Assembly (NCBI GenBank): GCA_934133195.1
Contig: CAKPAZ010000003.1
Span: forward strand, 10,682-74,681
Direction: 5' to 3'
Origin: an uncultured Bacilli bacterium
Lineage (GTDB): Bacteria > Bacillota_I > Bacilli_A > ML615J-28 > CAG-313
Length of the DNA: 64,000 nt
Below, in pieces: positions 36,701 to 46,170 of this stretch. How positions within the stretch are numbered: position 1 is the stretch's first letter; every line of letters begins with the position of its first letter. The translations under genes and the position numbers were made by a program. The notes under the pieces are model-generated. The model did no database searches. It was not told the DNA's origin and saw only the letters and a list, made by a program, of their open reading frames with translations.

Positions 36701-39700
36701 TTCCTGAAAATCTAATAATTATAAATGATTATGCTTTTTCTTCATTATCGAATATTTCCTATTATAATTTACCTTCTAGTTTAACTTCAATTGGTGAATA
36801 TGCATTCAGTGACAATGAAAAGTTACAAGGAACTACAATCCCAGGCAATGTTGAAACTATAGGAAGATATGCCTTTAAAGGAAATTATAATTGTATAAAT
36901 ATTAATATTACAACACCATCTAAACTTGATAGATTACCATATGGAGTTTTCGCGTATACAGGAATCTATAGTTTTAGAATTCCTTCAAGTATTTCAAGTA
37001 TTTCTCAAGATGTCTTTTTAGGATGTAATAATCTAGATTCCATCACCTTTGAAGAAAATAGTAAATTACAAGCAATTAGTGCTTACACATTCTCTGGATG
37101 TGATCAGTTAAGAGTAATTACTTTTGAAAATGGTTCTAACCTAGAAACCATTGAAGCCCATGCTTTTGAAGGCTTGAAAAACTTAACAACTATTGATTTT
37201 GGTGATGCTAGTGTAAAAACAATTAGTAACTATGCTTTTAGATTTTGTACTTCATTACAAAATATTACGCTTCCTGAAACATTAACATTTATTGGACGTT
37301 ATGCCTTTTATGGTTGTAAATCCTTAACTAAATTAACTATCCCTTCATCAGTTGATTATATCGGAAGATATGCATTTAATCTTGCTTCATCATTAGATAT
37401 TTACTTTGAAAGTGATACCTTACCTTCTAATATCCAAGAATACTGGGATAAAGGTATTAATAGTTATCACATAGGAGTTAAAGAAATTAAACAAGATGAA
37501 AATTTTGAATATGCTATATTAAGAAATAATACTATATCAATTATTAAATACCTTGGAAATGAAAAAACTCTTGATTTAACAAACTTATCAATTGGAACTG
37601 TTTCATCTATTGGTGGTCATGCTTTCATGAATTCAAGTGTTGAAAGTATAGTTTTACCAGAAACATTAATAGAAATTCAATATTATGCCTTCAAAAATTC
37701 ACGTATTAAAACATTAATCATTCCTGATAGCGTTATAAGAATTGGCAATAATGCCTTTGAAGCATCAAGTATTGAAACAATTACTATTAATGAAACAAGT
37801 AATTTAAAATATATCGATCAATATGCCTTTAGTTTATGTACTTCATTAAAGAGTATATATTTACCAAGTTCTTTAATTAAGCTTGGAACTGGAGCTTTTG
37901 AAAAGAGTTCACTAGAAACTGTAAACTTTGATGAAAATATTACTATAAATGAAATCCCTGAGGATTGTTTCTTAGGAACAAAATTGGTAAATGTTGTTTT
38001 ACCTAATACTGTTACATTAATTAATAACAGTGCGTTTAGAGAAGTAGAAACATTATTAAATATAACATTTGGAACATCTAAACTTTCAATTTTATCAAAT
38101 GCCTTTTATAATTCTGGCTTACAAGAAGTATATCTTCCTGAAAACATTGAATATGTTGGTGAATATAGTTTTGTAGGTTTAAAGAATTTAAAAGAATTTA
38201 AAGTAAGTGAAAATAATAAATATTATCAACAAATTGATGGTGCGTTATATACAAAAGATGGTAAAAAAATAATAGCCTACCCAGCTGGAAAAACGGGTAG
38301 CATTACGCTTCCAACGTCTATTGAAACAATTGGATTTGGAGCTTTTGAAAACTCTAGTTTAACAAACATAGAGTTTGGTGCAGAATCTAATATTTTAAAT
38401 ATTGGATATAGAGCGTTCTTTAACGCTAAAAATTTAGTAGAAATAACAATACCTGATAGTGTTATTTCCATAGATTATTATGCTTTTGCTAATTGTGATA
38501 GATTAGAAAGTGTAAATATCAGTGAAAACTCAAAATTAGCAGGAATTTATGAAGGTGCATTCTACGGATGTATTAACTTAAAATACATCACTTTACCTGA
38601 TACATTATATGTAATTAGTGATTACTGTTTCAGTGGATGCTCATCACTTACTCGTATACCTGTTAATGAAACATCTAGCTTAATTGATATAGCTAGTTAT
38701 GCCTTTGCTTACTCAGGATTAACCGAAGTAAATATTCCACTTTCAATAGTTAATCTTGGTGCATATAGTTTCAAAGGAATAAAAGCAACAACAATAGTAA
38801 TTCCTTCTGAAAATCAAGAAATTCTCAAGATTGGTATTGGTGCCTTTGAAGAATGCGAATACCTAGAAGAAATTACATTACCATTTATTGGTGGTAGCTT
38901 TGAAGATGAAACTAATTATTGGGTAGGATATGTATTTGGTGCTGGAACATATGAAGCTAACGAAGATTATCTACCTGATTTATTAAAAAAGATTACTATC
39001 GATGAAGGTATAAAAGTAGTAAAAAACAATTCGTTTTATAATATTAAAAAATTAGAAGAAATTGATCTTCCTTATAGTTTGGAATTAATAAATGCTTATG
39101 CTTTCTATCTTTGTGAAAGTAGACATCAATTTAAAAGTTCGATATCATTGTCAGGTGATTTTCAAGATTTAAATATGAATTTGGGATCAAATCTATATGG
39201 AACATTGAATATAACGTCATTTGTCACTAGCCTAACTGTAGAAAAAATACAATTAGATTGTTATGATTTAACAAGTGTATCATTACCTGCAACAAAGAGA
39301 TTTCCATATTTTAAAAATTGTAACCGATTACAAGAAATTATTATTCCCGAAGGAACTGAAATTATAGCAGATGACACATGCAATAGTAGCATAATAAAAG
39401 AAATTACATTACCTAGTTCTTTAAAATATATATATGATGAAGCTTTTGGAGGTTCGATATATATTTATAGAATTATCAATAATAGTTCATTAGACATTAA
39501 ACTTGGAGATAGATCATGTGGATGGGCAACTACCTACGCAAATGAATTAATTGATAAAGATGGTAACAAAATAGTATCAAATGATGACTATAGTATAATT
39601 GATTATAATAACTTTAGATTTACATATAAAGATAATAAATATACTTTAGTAGACTATTTAGGATCTGAAGTAGATGTAGTATTACCTGAATTTATATATG

Positions 39701-42700
39701 GAACTAGTTACGAAATAAATTTACAATACAATAGAAAACTAGAAAAAGTTGAAATTCCTAATACTTTTACAACTATTAATGAATACGCATTTTATGATTG
39801 TTCTTCGTTAAAAACCGTTATTATTCCAGATTCAATAATCAAAATAGCATATTCTGCGTTTAGTAGCTGTGAATTATTAACAAATGTAAAACTTCCTAAT
39901 TTTCTTGAAACTATTGAATCTTTTTCTTTTTCTGGTTGCGAATCTATAACATCAATTGTAATACCAAATTCTGTTAGTCGTATAGGTAGATATGCCTTTA
40001 GAGATACATCAATTAAAGAAATAACAATTCCAAATTCAGTAAAAGAATTAGATGGTTTTCAGGATTGTAAATCGCTAGAAACAGTTAATTTACCTGATAC
40101 AGATATTATAATTTATGATGAGGCATTTAATAATTGTGAAAATTTGAAATATATTAAACTTGGCGCTAGAACTAAAATTAATGGAAGTATTATCAATAGT
40201 AATGATTGTATACTTGATTTTAGTAATAGTGAAATTTACAATTATGATAATGGAATAACATATGATGAAACATTCAAAAAAATTATATATGTCGATAAAA
40301 GAATTAAAGGTGAAGTAACTATTAAAGATGGAGTTGAATCGATTAGTAATGCTTTTTCTTATTGTAAAGATGTGACATCAATAATATTACCGGATTCAAT
40401 CACATCAATTTCAGAAAGTGCTTTTTCATATTGTACATCATTAACAACAGTTAAAATGTCAAGTAAAGTCACTAATATAGGTTCATACGCCTTTGAAAAT
40501 TGTACATCACTTGTTGATATTGAATTGCCAAATACAATTGAGACGATTCATAGTTACGCCTTTAAAGATTGTACATCATTAATAACTTTCAAAATTCCAA
40601 ATTTAGTTACAAGTATAGAAGATTCTACTTTTTATGGATGTACATCATTAATTAATATTGAAATTTCCGAAACAGTTACGAAAATAGGGCAATCTGCATT
40701 TAATCAGTGTTCTTCATTACAAAGTATCGCAATACCAACATCAGTTACAAGTATAAATGTTTTGGCATTTGCTGGTTGCAAATCATTAGTAGATATTGAA
40801 ATTCCTGATTCAGTTACAGAATTAGGATGGGGAATCTTTTTAGGATGTAATTCACTAATCTCAGTAAAATTACCTAATTCAATGGATAAAATTGGAGAAT
40901 TCTTTTTTGAAGAATGTATATCTTTAGAAACAGTGGATATTCCAGCAGCAATCACAAGCATAGAACGTTTTGCATTTAATTGTTGTATATCATTAAAAAA
41001 TATTATTTTACCAGATACAGTTAAGAGTATTGAAGATAGTGCATTTACTGATTGTATTTCGTTAAAAAATATTAAAATGTCTACAAATATTACTAATATA
41101 GGAACTTTTGCATTTAATGGCTGTGTTTCATTAGTAGACATACAAATACCAGCTGGTATTACCAGAATAGAAAAATCAAGTTTTGATTCTTGTAGTTCAT
41201 TAAAATCAATTACTTTGCCTGATACAATTAATGAGATTAGAGATTCAGCATTTAAAAATTGTACATCATTATCAAGTATAACAATTTCAAATAATATAAA
41301 TTATATTTCAAGTAATGCATTTTATGGATGTCAATTATTATTCACAGTTATCAATAATTCTGACTTAAAAGTTGGTTTCCAAAATTCAAGTGATGGTATT
41401 ATTTTTGAATATGCTAAGAAAATAATTGAAAAGGATGGAACTATAAGATATTATAACGATGAAGAACTTGGTGATTTAAAAGATACAGAGTATATTGTTA
41501 AAAATAATTTTAAATTTTCATATAATGGACTATTCTACATTTTGATAGAATATGAAGGAAATGAAACAAGTATAGTATTTCCTGAAAATATAAATGGTGA
41601 GAATTACTTCATAAATTTTTCTTCTGATTCAGTTAAAGAAATTAAATTTCCAGACAATTTAATTGAATTAAAAAGTTATTATGTGATTAACGAACAAAGG
41701 TATTCGTTTACTAATAAAATTTATGGTAATAAACTCGAAACAATTGATTTTAATAATTTAACGAAAATAACACATAATTTATTAGAAGATAATAGAAGTT
41801 TGGAAAATGTTATATGTAATAATGTTATTCGTATTGAGTATCAAGCTTTTGAATGGTGTCTTAATTTAAAAAGTGTTAAATTTTTAGAAACGCTTGAGGA
41901 AATAGAATCTAGAGCATTTTATAATTGTACATCGTTAACAACTATAACTATACCAGAATCAGTATCATATTTAGGTGGTGATTCATTTGCCCATTGTTCA
42001 AATTTAATTGATGTAATTCTTCCTAAAAATATTAAATATTTTGCATCTAGTACATTTGATGACACTCCATATATGGAAAATACTAAAGTTATAGATGGCG
42101 TTAAGCATTTAGGTAATTATATTATTGATATTGATAAAAATAAAACACAATTTTCATATGATCCGGGTTATCAAATTACAAATAATGCCTTGAATGGTTG
42201 TACTAGAATAAAAGATTTTATATTAAATAAAACTGATAGTCAATTTATGGAAAGTGGGTTAAGATATTTAACAAATTTAGAAAAATTATATATTAATATA
42301 AATTTAGAAAATCCTATTAGAAACTATCTATATTCTTTCCCTGAAACTTTTAAAACTATTATTATTTCAAGTAGCGTTACAGAAGTAGTAGATAATCAAT
42401 TTAATGGATTTAATGGTGTAATTTACGTTGATCAATATAAAGACAATGTAATGTGGGATTATGAACATCCAAATTGGAATGGAAATAATAAAGTTTATTA
42501 TAAAGGTGAATGGATTAAAGCTTCATTTTATAATAATGATGATACAGAAATTACAACAGATTTCTATTTAGTTAATCAAATAATTAGACAGCCAATAATG
42601 AAAGATTATGTTAAAGATGGAATCAATTACAAATTTATTGGTTGGGATACAGATGGTGATAATAAAGTTAATTCTTTGCCAGCAAATTCTAAAACTAATG

Positions 42701-45700
42701 TAACTGCTAAAGCAATATATGAAGAACAAATAAAGAACTACACTGTCACATTTATGGATAAAGATGGAGTAACAATTCTTGAACAATTAAGTTTACCTTA
42801 TGGTTCTACATTTACTTTAATAACACCAGCTGAAAAACAAGGTTATACTTTTGTTGGTTGGAGAGATTATCCAAAAGATTTAGTTGTAACTGAAGATTTA
42901 ATAATATATTCTGTATGGACTCATAATGGAAATCATGAATATACAATTGATGAAGTAATTGATCCAACATGTACAGAGGCTGGATATACAAAACATATTT
43001 GTTCAATATGTAATGAATATTACATATCTGATTATGTAGATAAACTTGGTCATAACTTTACTCAAGAGGACATAGTAGATCCAACATGTACAGAAGATGG
43101 TTATACAAAACATACATGTTCAGTATGTGACTATACATATTCTGATAATTATGTTAATAAACTTGGTCATACATTTGGTGATTACATAATTGATGAAGAT
43201 CCTACATGTGAAAACTCAGGTTTAAAACATAAAGAATGTCATACATGTCAACATAAAGAAGAAGAAACAATTGCCCCATTAGGTCATAATTATGAAGAAA
43301 CTGATATAGTTGAATCAACATGTACCCATGGTGGCTCAATAACATATACATGTACAAGATGTGAAGATGTTATAACATCATACACAGATTTAAAAGATCA
43401 TGAATATGTTAAAAAATATGTATCATTAACATGGTTAGAAAGACTATTAAAATTCTTAATTAAGATATTTTATGGAATAGAAAATGATAATGCATACTAT
43501 TTTGAATGTGTTAATTGTAAACACATAATGACAGCGAATGAAAATCAAGCAAATTCATCTATTCAAGGCACTTGTTCACATGAAACCTGTGAATGGGTAG
43601 TAGTATTTACAAGTTGTGATGATAATGGATTAAAGACATATAAATGTACAAATTGTGATGAAGTACTTGAAATTGAATTATTAGATCCAATAGGTCATGA
43701 TTTAGTACATCATGAAAAGTTAGATGCTACTTGTGAAGAAGCAGGACATGAAGCATATGATACATGTACAAGATGTGATTATACAACATTCAAAGAAATC
43801 CAAGCAGCAGGTCATACTTCAAGTGATTGGATTATTGACAAAAAATCTAACTGTACTGAAGATGGTTCAAAACATAAAGAATGTACAGTTTGTCATAAAG
43901 TACTTAAAACAGAAGTTATAGATAAACTAGGCCATAATCTTGTTCATCATGAAAAACTAAATCCTACTTGTGAAGAAGCAGGACATGAAGCATATGATAC
44001 ATGTACAAGATGTGACTACACAACATTTAAAGAGATTCCTTCAACAGGTCATACAACGAGTGATTGGATCATTGATAAAGAATCTAACTGTACAGAAGAT
44101 GGAACTAAACATAAAGAATGTACAGTATGTCATAAAGTTTTAGAAACAGAAGTTATAGAAAAACTTGGACACGATTTAGTACATCACGAAAAGTTAGATC
44201 CTACTTGTGAAGAAGTAGGCCATGAAGCATATGATACATGTACAAGATGTGACTACACAACATTCAAAGAAATCCCATCCACAGGTCATACTTCAAGTGA
44301 TTGGATTATTGACAAAGAATCAAATTGTACAGAAGATGGCTCAAAACATAAAGAATGTACAGTTTGTCATAAGATTTTAGAAACAGAAGTTATAGAAAAA
44401 CTAGGTCATAATCTTGTTCATCATGAAAAGTTAGATCCCACTTGTGAAGAAGCAGGACATGAAGCATATGACACATGTACAAGATGTGACTACACAACCT
44501 TCAAAGAAATCCCAGCAACCGGACATAGATCAAGTGATTGGATTATTGACAAAGAATCAAATTGTACAGAAGATGGCTCAAAACATAAAGAATGTACAGT
44601 CTGTCATAAAGTACTTGAAACAGAAACAATAGATATGTTAGGCCATGATCTTGTTCACCATGAAAAGTTAGATTCTACTTGTGAAGAAGTTGGTCATGAA
44701 GAGTATGATACTTGTACAAGATGTGATTATACAACCTTCAAAGAAATCCCAGCAACTGGTCACACATCAAGTGAATGGATTATTGATAAAGAATCAAATT
44801 GTACAGAAGATGGCTCAAAACATAAAGAATGTACAGTATGTCATAAAGTTTTAGAGACAGAAGTTATTGATAAACTTGGACACGATTTAGTACACCATGA
44901 AAAGTTAGATCCAACATGTGAAGAGAATGGCCATGAAGCATATGATACTTGTACAAGATGTGATTATACAACCTTCAAAGAAATTCCTTCAACTGGTCAT
45001 ACTTCAAGTGATTGGATTATAGATCAAAAATCAAATTGTACTGAAAATGGTTCAAAACACAAAGAATGTACAGTATGTCATAAAGTACTTGAAACAGAAA
45101 TCATAAGTAAATTAGGACATGATTTAGTACATCATGAAAAACAAGATCCTACTTGTGAAGAAGCAGGCCATGAAGCATATGATACATGTACAAGATGTGA
45201 TTATACAACCTTCAAAGAAATATCTGCAACTGGTCATACATCAAGTGAATGGATTATTGACAAAGAATCTAACTGTACAGAAGATGGATCAAAACACAAA
45301 GAATGTACAGTATGTCATAAAGTACTTGAAACAGAAGTTATTGATAAACTTGGTCATAATCTTGTTCATCATGAAAAGTTAGATCCTACTTGTGAAGAAG
45401 CAGGCCATGAAGCATATGATACTTGTACAAGATGTGATTATACAACCTTCAAAGAAATCCCAGCAACCGGACATACTTCAAGTGATTGGATTATCGATCA
45501 AGATTCTAACTGTACAGAAACTGGTTCAAAACATAAAGAATGTACAGTATGTCATAAAGCACTTGAAACAGAAGTTATAGAAAAACTAGGACATGATTTA
45601 GTACATCATGAAAAACTAGATCCAACTTGTGAAGAAGTAGGCCATGAAGCATACGATACATGTACAAGATGTGATTATACAACTTTCATAGAAATTCCTT

Positions 45701-46164
45701 CAACAGGTCATACAACAAGTGAATGGATAGTGGATGTTGAGGCTACTTGTACTGAAACTGGTTCAAAACACAAAGAATGTACAGTTTGTCATAAAGTTTT
45801 AGAGACAGAAATTCTTGAAAAACTAGGACATAATCTTGTTCATCATGAAAAGTTAGATGCTACTTGTGAAGAAGTAGGACATGAAGCATATGACACATGT
45901 ACAAGATGTGATTATACAACATTTAAAGAAATCCCATCCACAGGACATACAACAAGTGAATGGATAGTAGATGTTGAGCCTACTCATAAAAAGGAAGGTT
46001 CAAAGCATAAAGAATGTACAACCTGTCATAAAGTTTTAGAGACTGAAACAATCAGTAAGATTTCTAGTAAATGCTGTAACATTAGTTCAAATTCAGTAGT
46101 AATATTTACTCTTATATCAATTTGTAGTTTAATGACTTTTGTTATAAGACGTAAAAAATATTAG
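33760..46164 (+). CDS. Giant (4134 aa) surface protein: signal/anchor, S8 subtilase, Flg_new, four BspA-type LRR cassettes, 2 Flg_new, Cys/His-rich repeat array, C-terminal TM anchor
   Basis: Single uninterrupted 12.4-kb ORF with a strong RBS. The S8 triad motifs are AVIDTGID, HGTAVSG and SGTSFSAP. Dozens of 22-24-aa units follow the pattern IP.SV..IG..AF..C..L. Ten 79-aa repeats follow, and the terminal VVIFTLISICSLMTFVIRRKKY is hydrophobic with a basic end. Confidence 0.9.
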   Translation: MKNKILRIFTAVLLLTTILVVTLSSYKKKDDYEDNKPTIQEDLNKYAGSYDIHKIVLQNTNEVTAKKLAERFNAKLRITSDGSYATLTLPDDITINDIVKSNKNRDILSLIAPDYKATLSELTEERTTNFPTVSVEDEYYDLQTYLKYLNLQDVWKNYKGSGKTIAVIDTGIDTDHPEFAGRISEYSYNATLDKIVKDCVNEDGSYDWSIIEDEQGHGTAVSGVIAASMNNEIGIAGIAPEAKILTIKAECDKNGNFKNTSDLVFGLYYAIEQNVDVVNMSFGSPVNVFSTPAKLAVDSDIVCIAAAGNESTAKLTYPAADENVIGVGALADNSWELASYSNYGDNTDVVAPGTVYTTYLNGTYKTMSGTSFSAPIVSSLIALFYNHYMTTDYAKEVLYAASYDLESKGKDFYFGYGAVDASALILEEKGTVTFNYLTDEINPTTQIFIKNHPLQNIPQPERLYSVFDGWYYDINCKDEIDLYVDAWTSDLTLYCSWGNEDDVLPYTYTTLDDNSIEITSYIGKRKYITIPEYIDNKKVTSIGRSAFANNTKLVNVNLPSGLKSIKDYAFDGCINIKNFEIPSSVISIGINAFRNNISLYNINFLSDSKLEVIDEYAFINCSSLTRFDIPKNVKYNEENNYFTGSAFVGCTNLRQVNASRDSKYLTSINGVLYNKASSTIILYPAGLSNETYDLPTSVTKLGKYSFAFSNIDTIDLKNVTAINSNAFESSRIRKITLSDKVTTLGSFAFINSQINDITLGHGLKALESGTFRQCNNLYSITIPNSIVYIRGPIGAFFESSLTDITFEEESKLLLIDDYTFANSNLHKIEIPSSVVKIGMSAFYGCSNLTEVIINNDSALSVIDENAFSYTSIKTINLTSHLYTIGAGAFFATKLEEVTIPSSVNQIYGSSFAGNIYLKNIFVSPDNKMLTSIDGVVYTKDYSTLFAYPAGKDLSSYTIDGRVTEIGEYAFYGACNLTSIDFPENLIIINDYAFSSLSNISYYNLPSSLTSIGEYAFSDNEKLQGTTIPGNVETIGRYAFKGNYNCININITTPSKLDRLPYGVFAYTGIYSFRIPSSISSISQDVFLGCNNLDSITFEENSKLQAISAYTFSGCDQLRVITFENGSNLETIEAHAFEGLKNLTTIDFGDASVKTISNYAFRFCTSLQNITLPETLTFIGRYAFYGCKSLTKLTIPSSVDYIGRYAFNLASSLDIYFESDTLPSNIQEYWDKGINSYHIGVKEIKQDENFEYAILRNNTISIIKYLGNEKTLDLTNLSIGTVSSIGGHAFMNSSVESIVLPETLIEIQYYAFKNSRIKTLIIPDSVIRIGNNAFEASSIETITINETSNLKYIDQYAFSLCTSLKSIYLPSSLIKLGTGAFEKSSLETVNFDENITINEIPEDCFLGTKLVNVVLPNTVTLINNSAFREVETLLNITFGTSKLSILSNAFYNSGLQEVYLPENIEYVGEYSFVGLKNLKEFKVSENNKYYQQIDGALYTKDGKKIIAYPAGKTGSITLPTSIETIGFGAFENSSLTNIEFGAESNILNIGYRAFFNAKNLVEITIPDSVISIDYYAFANCDRLESVNISENSKLAGIYEGAFYGCINLKYITLPDTLYVISDYCFSGCSSLTRIPVNETSSLIDIASYAFAYSGLTEVNIPLSIVNLGAYSFKGIKATTIVIPSENQEILKIGIGAFEECEYLEEITLPFIGGSFEDETNYWVGYVFGAGTYEANEDYLPDLLKKITIDEGIKVVKNNSFYNIKKLEEIDLPYSLELINAYAFYLCESRHQFKSSISLSGDFQDLNMNLGSNLYGTLNITSFVTSLTVEKIQLDCYDLTSVSLPATKRFPYFKNCNRLQEIIIPEGTEIIADDTCNSSIIKEITLPSSLKYIYDEAFGGSIYIYRIINNSSLDIKLGDRSCGWATTYANELIDKDGNKIVSNDDYSIIDYNNFRFTYKDNKYTLVDYLGSEVDVVLPEFIYGTSYEINLQYNRKLEKVEIPNTFTTINEYAFYDCSSLKTVIIPDSIIKIAYSAFSSCELLTNVKLPNFLETIESFSFSGCESITSIVIPNSVSRIGRYAFRDTSIKEITIPNSVKELDGFQDCKSLETVNLPDTDIIIYDEAFNNCENLKYIKLGARTKINGSIINSNDCILDFSNSEIYNYDNGITYDETFKKIIYVDKRIKGEVTIKDGVESISNAFSYCKDVTSIILPDSITSISESAFSYCTSLTTVKMSSKVTNIGSYAFENCTSLVDIELPNTIETIHSYAFKDCTSLITFKIPNLVTSIEDSTFYGCTSLINIEISETVTKIGQSAFNQCSSLQSIAIPTSVTSINVLAFAGCKSLVDIEIPDSVTELGWGIFLGCNSLISVKLPNSMDKIGEFFFEECISLETVDIPAAITSIERFAFNCCISLKNIILPDTVKSIEDSAFTDCISLKNIKMSTNITNIGTFAFNGCVSLVDIQIPAGITRIEKSSFDSCSSLKSITLPDTINEIRDSAFKNCTSLSSITISNNINYISSNAFYGCQLLFTVINNSDLKVGFQNSSDGIIFEYAKKIIEKDGTIRYYNDEELGDLKDTEYIVKNNFKFSYNGLFYILIEYEGNETSIVFPENINGENYFINFSSDSVKEIKFPDNLIELKSYYVINEQRYSFTNKIYGNKLETIDFNNLTKITHNLLEDNRSLENVICNNVIRIEYQAFEWCLNLKSVKFLETLEEIESRAFYNCTSLTTITIPESVSYLGGDSFAHCSNLIDVILPKNIKYFASSTFDDTPYMENTKVIDGVKHLGNYIIDIDKNKTQFSYDPGYQITNNALNGCTRIKDFILNKTDSQFMESGLRYLTNLEKLYININLENPIRNYLYSFPETFKTIIISSSVTEVVDNQFNGFNGVIYVDQYKDNVMWDYEHPNWNGNNKVYYKGEWIKASFYNNDDTEITTDFYLVNQIIRQPIMKDYVKDGINYKFIGWDTDGDNKVNSLPANSKTNVTAKAIYEEQIKNYTVTFMDKDGVTILEQLSLPYGSTFTLITPAEKQGYTFVGWRDYPKDLVVTEDLIIYSVWTHNGNHEYTIDEVIDPTCTEAGYTKHICSICNEYYISDYVDKLGHNFTQEDIVDPTCTEDGYTKHTCSVCDYTYSDNYVNKLGHTFGDYIIDEDPTCENSGLKHKECHTCQHKEEETIAPLGHNYEETDIVESTCTHGGSITYTCTRCEDVITSYTDLKDHEYVKKYVSLTWLERLLKFLIKIFYGIENDNAYYFECVNCKHIMTANENQANSSIQGTCSHETCEWVVVFTSCDDNGLKTYKCTNCDEVLEIELLDPIGHDLVHHEKLDATCEEAGHEAYDTCTRCDYTTFKEIQAAGHTSSDWIIDKKSNCTEDGSKHKECTVCHKVLKTEVIDKLGHNLVHHEKLNPTCEEAGHEAYDTCTRCDYTTFKEIPSTGHTTSDWIIDKESNCTEDGTKHKECTVCHKVLETEVIEKLGHDLVHHEKLDPTCEEVGHEAYDTCTRCDYTTFKEIPSTGHTSSDWIIDKESNCTEDGSKHKECTVCHKILETEVIEKLGHNLVHHEKLDPTCEEAGHEAYDTCTRCDYTTFKEIPATGHRSSDWIIDKESNCTEDGSKHKECTVCHKVLETETIDMLGHDLVHHEKLDSTCEEVGHEEYDTCTRCDYTTFKEIPATGHTSSEWIIDKESNCTEDGSKHKECTVCHKVLETEVIDKLGHDLVHHEKLDPTCEENGHEAYDTCTRCDYTTFKEIPSTGHTSSDWIIDQKSNCTENGSKHKECTVCHKVLETEIISKLGHDLVHHEKQDPTCEEAGHEAYDTCTRCDYTTFKEISATGHTSSEWIIDKESNCTEDGSKHKECTVCHKVLETEVIDKLGHNLVHHEKLDPTCEEAGHEAYDTCTRCDYTTFKEIPATGHTSSDWIIDQDSNCTETGSKHKECTVCHKALETEVIEKLGHDLVHHEKLDPTCEEVGHEAYDTCTRCDYTTFIEIPSTGHTTSEWIVDVEATCTETGSKHKECTVCHKVLETEILEKLGHNLVHHEKLDATCEEVGHEAYDTCTRCDYTTFKEIPSTGHTTSEWIVDVEPTHKKEGSKHKECTTCHKVLETETISKISSKCCNISSNSVVIFTLISICSLMTFVIRRKKY
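34200..35040 (+). other. Peptidase S8 (subtilisin-like) catalytic domain of the giant protein
   Basis: Asp codon 34264-34266, His 34408-34410 and Ser 34870-34872, in D-H-S order. Preceded by an I9-propeptide-like segment. Confidence 0.8.
40387..41335 (+). repeat. Highly regular 69-bp (23-aa) LRR tandem array, about 14 units
   Basis: Units such as LPDSITSISESAFSYCTSLTTVKM and SSKVTNIGSYAFENCTSLVDIEL. The DNA motif TGTACATCATTA recurs. Confidence 0.8.
43690..46059 (+). repeat. Ten tandem 237-bp (79-aa) Cys/His-rich coding repeats
   Basis: GGTCAT at 43693 and GGCCAT at 43930 give an offset of 237, and 10 x 237 = 2370 nt ends exactly at 46059. The unit is LGH(D/N)LVHHEKLDPTCEE.GHEAYDTCTRCDYTTFKEIP.TGHTSS.WIIDKESNCTEDGSKHKECTVCHKVLETEVI.K. 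Confidence 0.95.
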
Positions 46165-46170
46165 AATATA

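Noticed and set aside
38277-45580. ORFs inside the giant gene (38277..38471, 40704..41141, 42568..43006, 43724..43921, 44444..44632, 45134..45382, 45392..45580)
   Set aside because: These are alternative-frame or antisense readings of the LRR and Cys-repeat arrays. The plus-strand ones recur only because the 237-bp repeat recurs.
43690-46059. Possible CRISPR array or non-coding satellite, because of the regular tandem repeats
   Set aside because: The period is 237 bp with no repeat/spacer alternation. The array is in frame within a 12.4-kb ORF and the conservation is at the amino-acid level.
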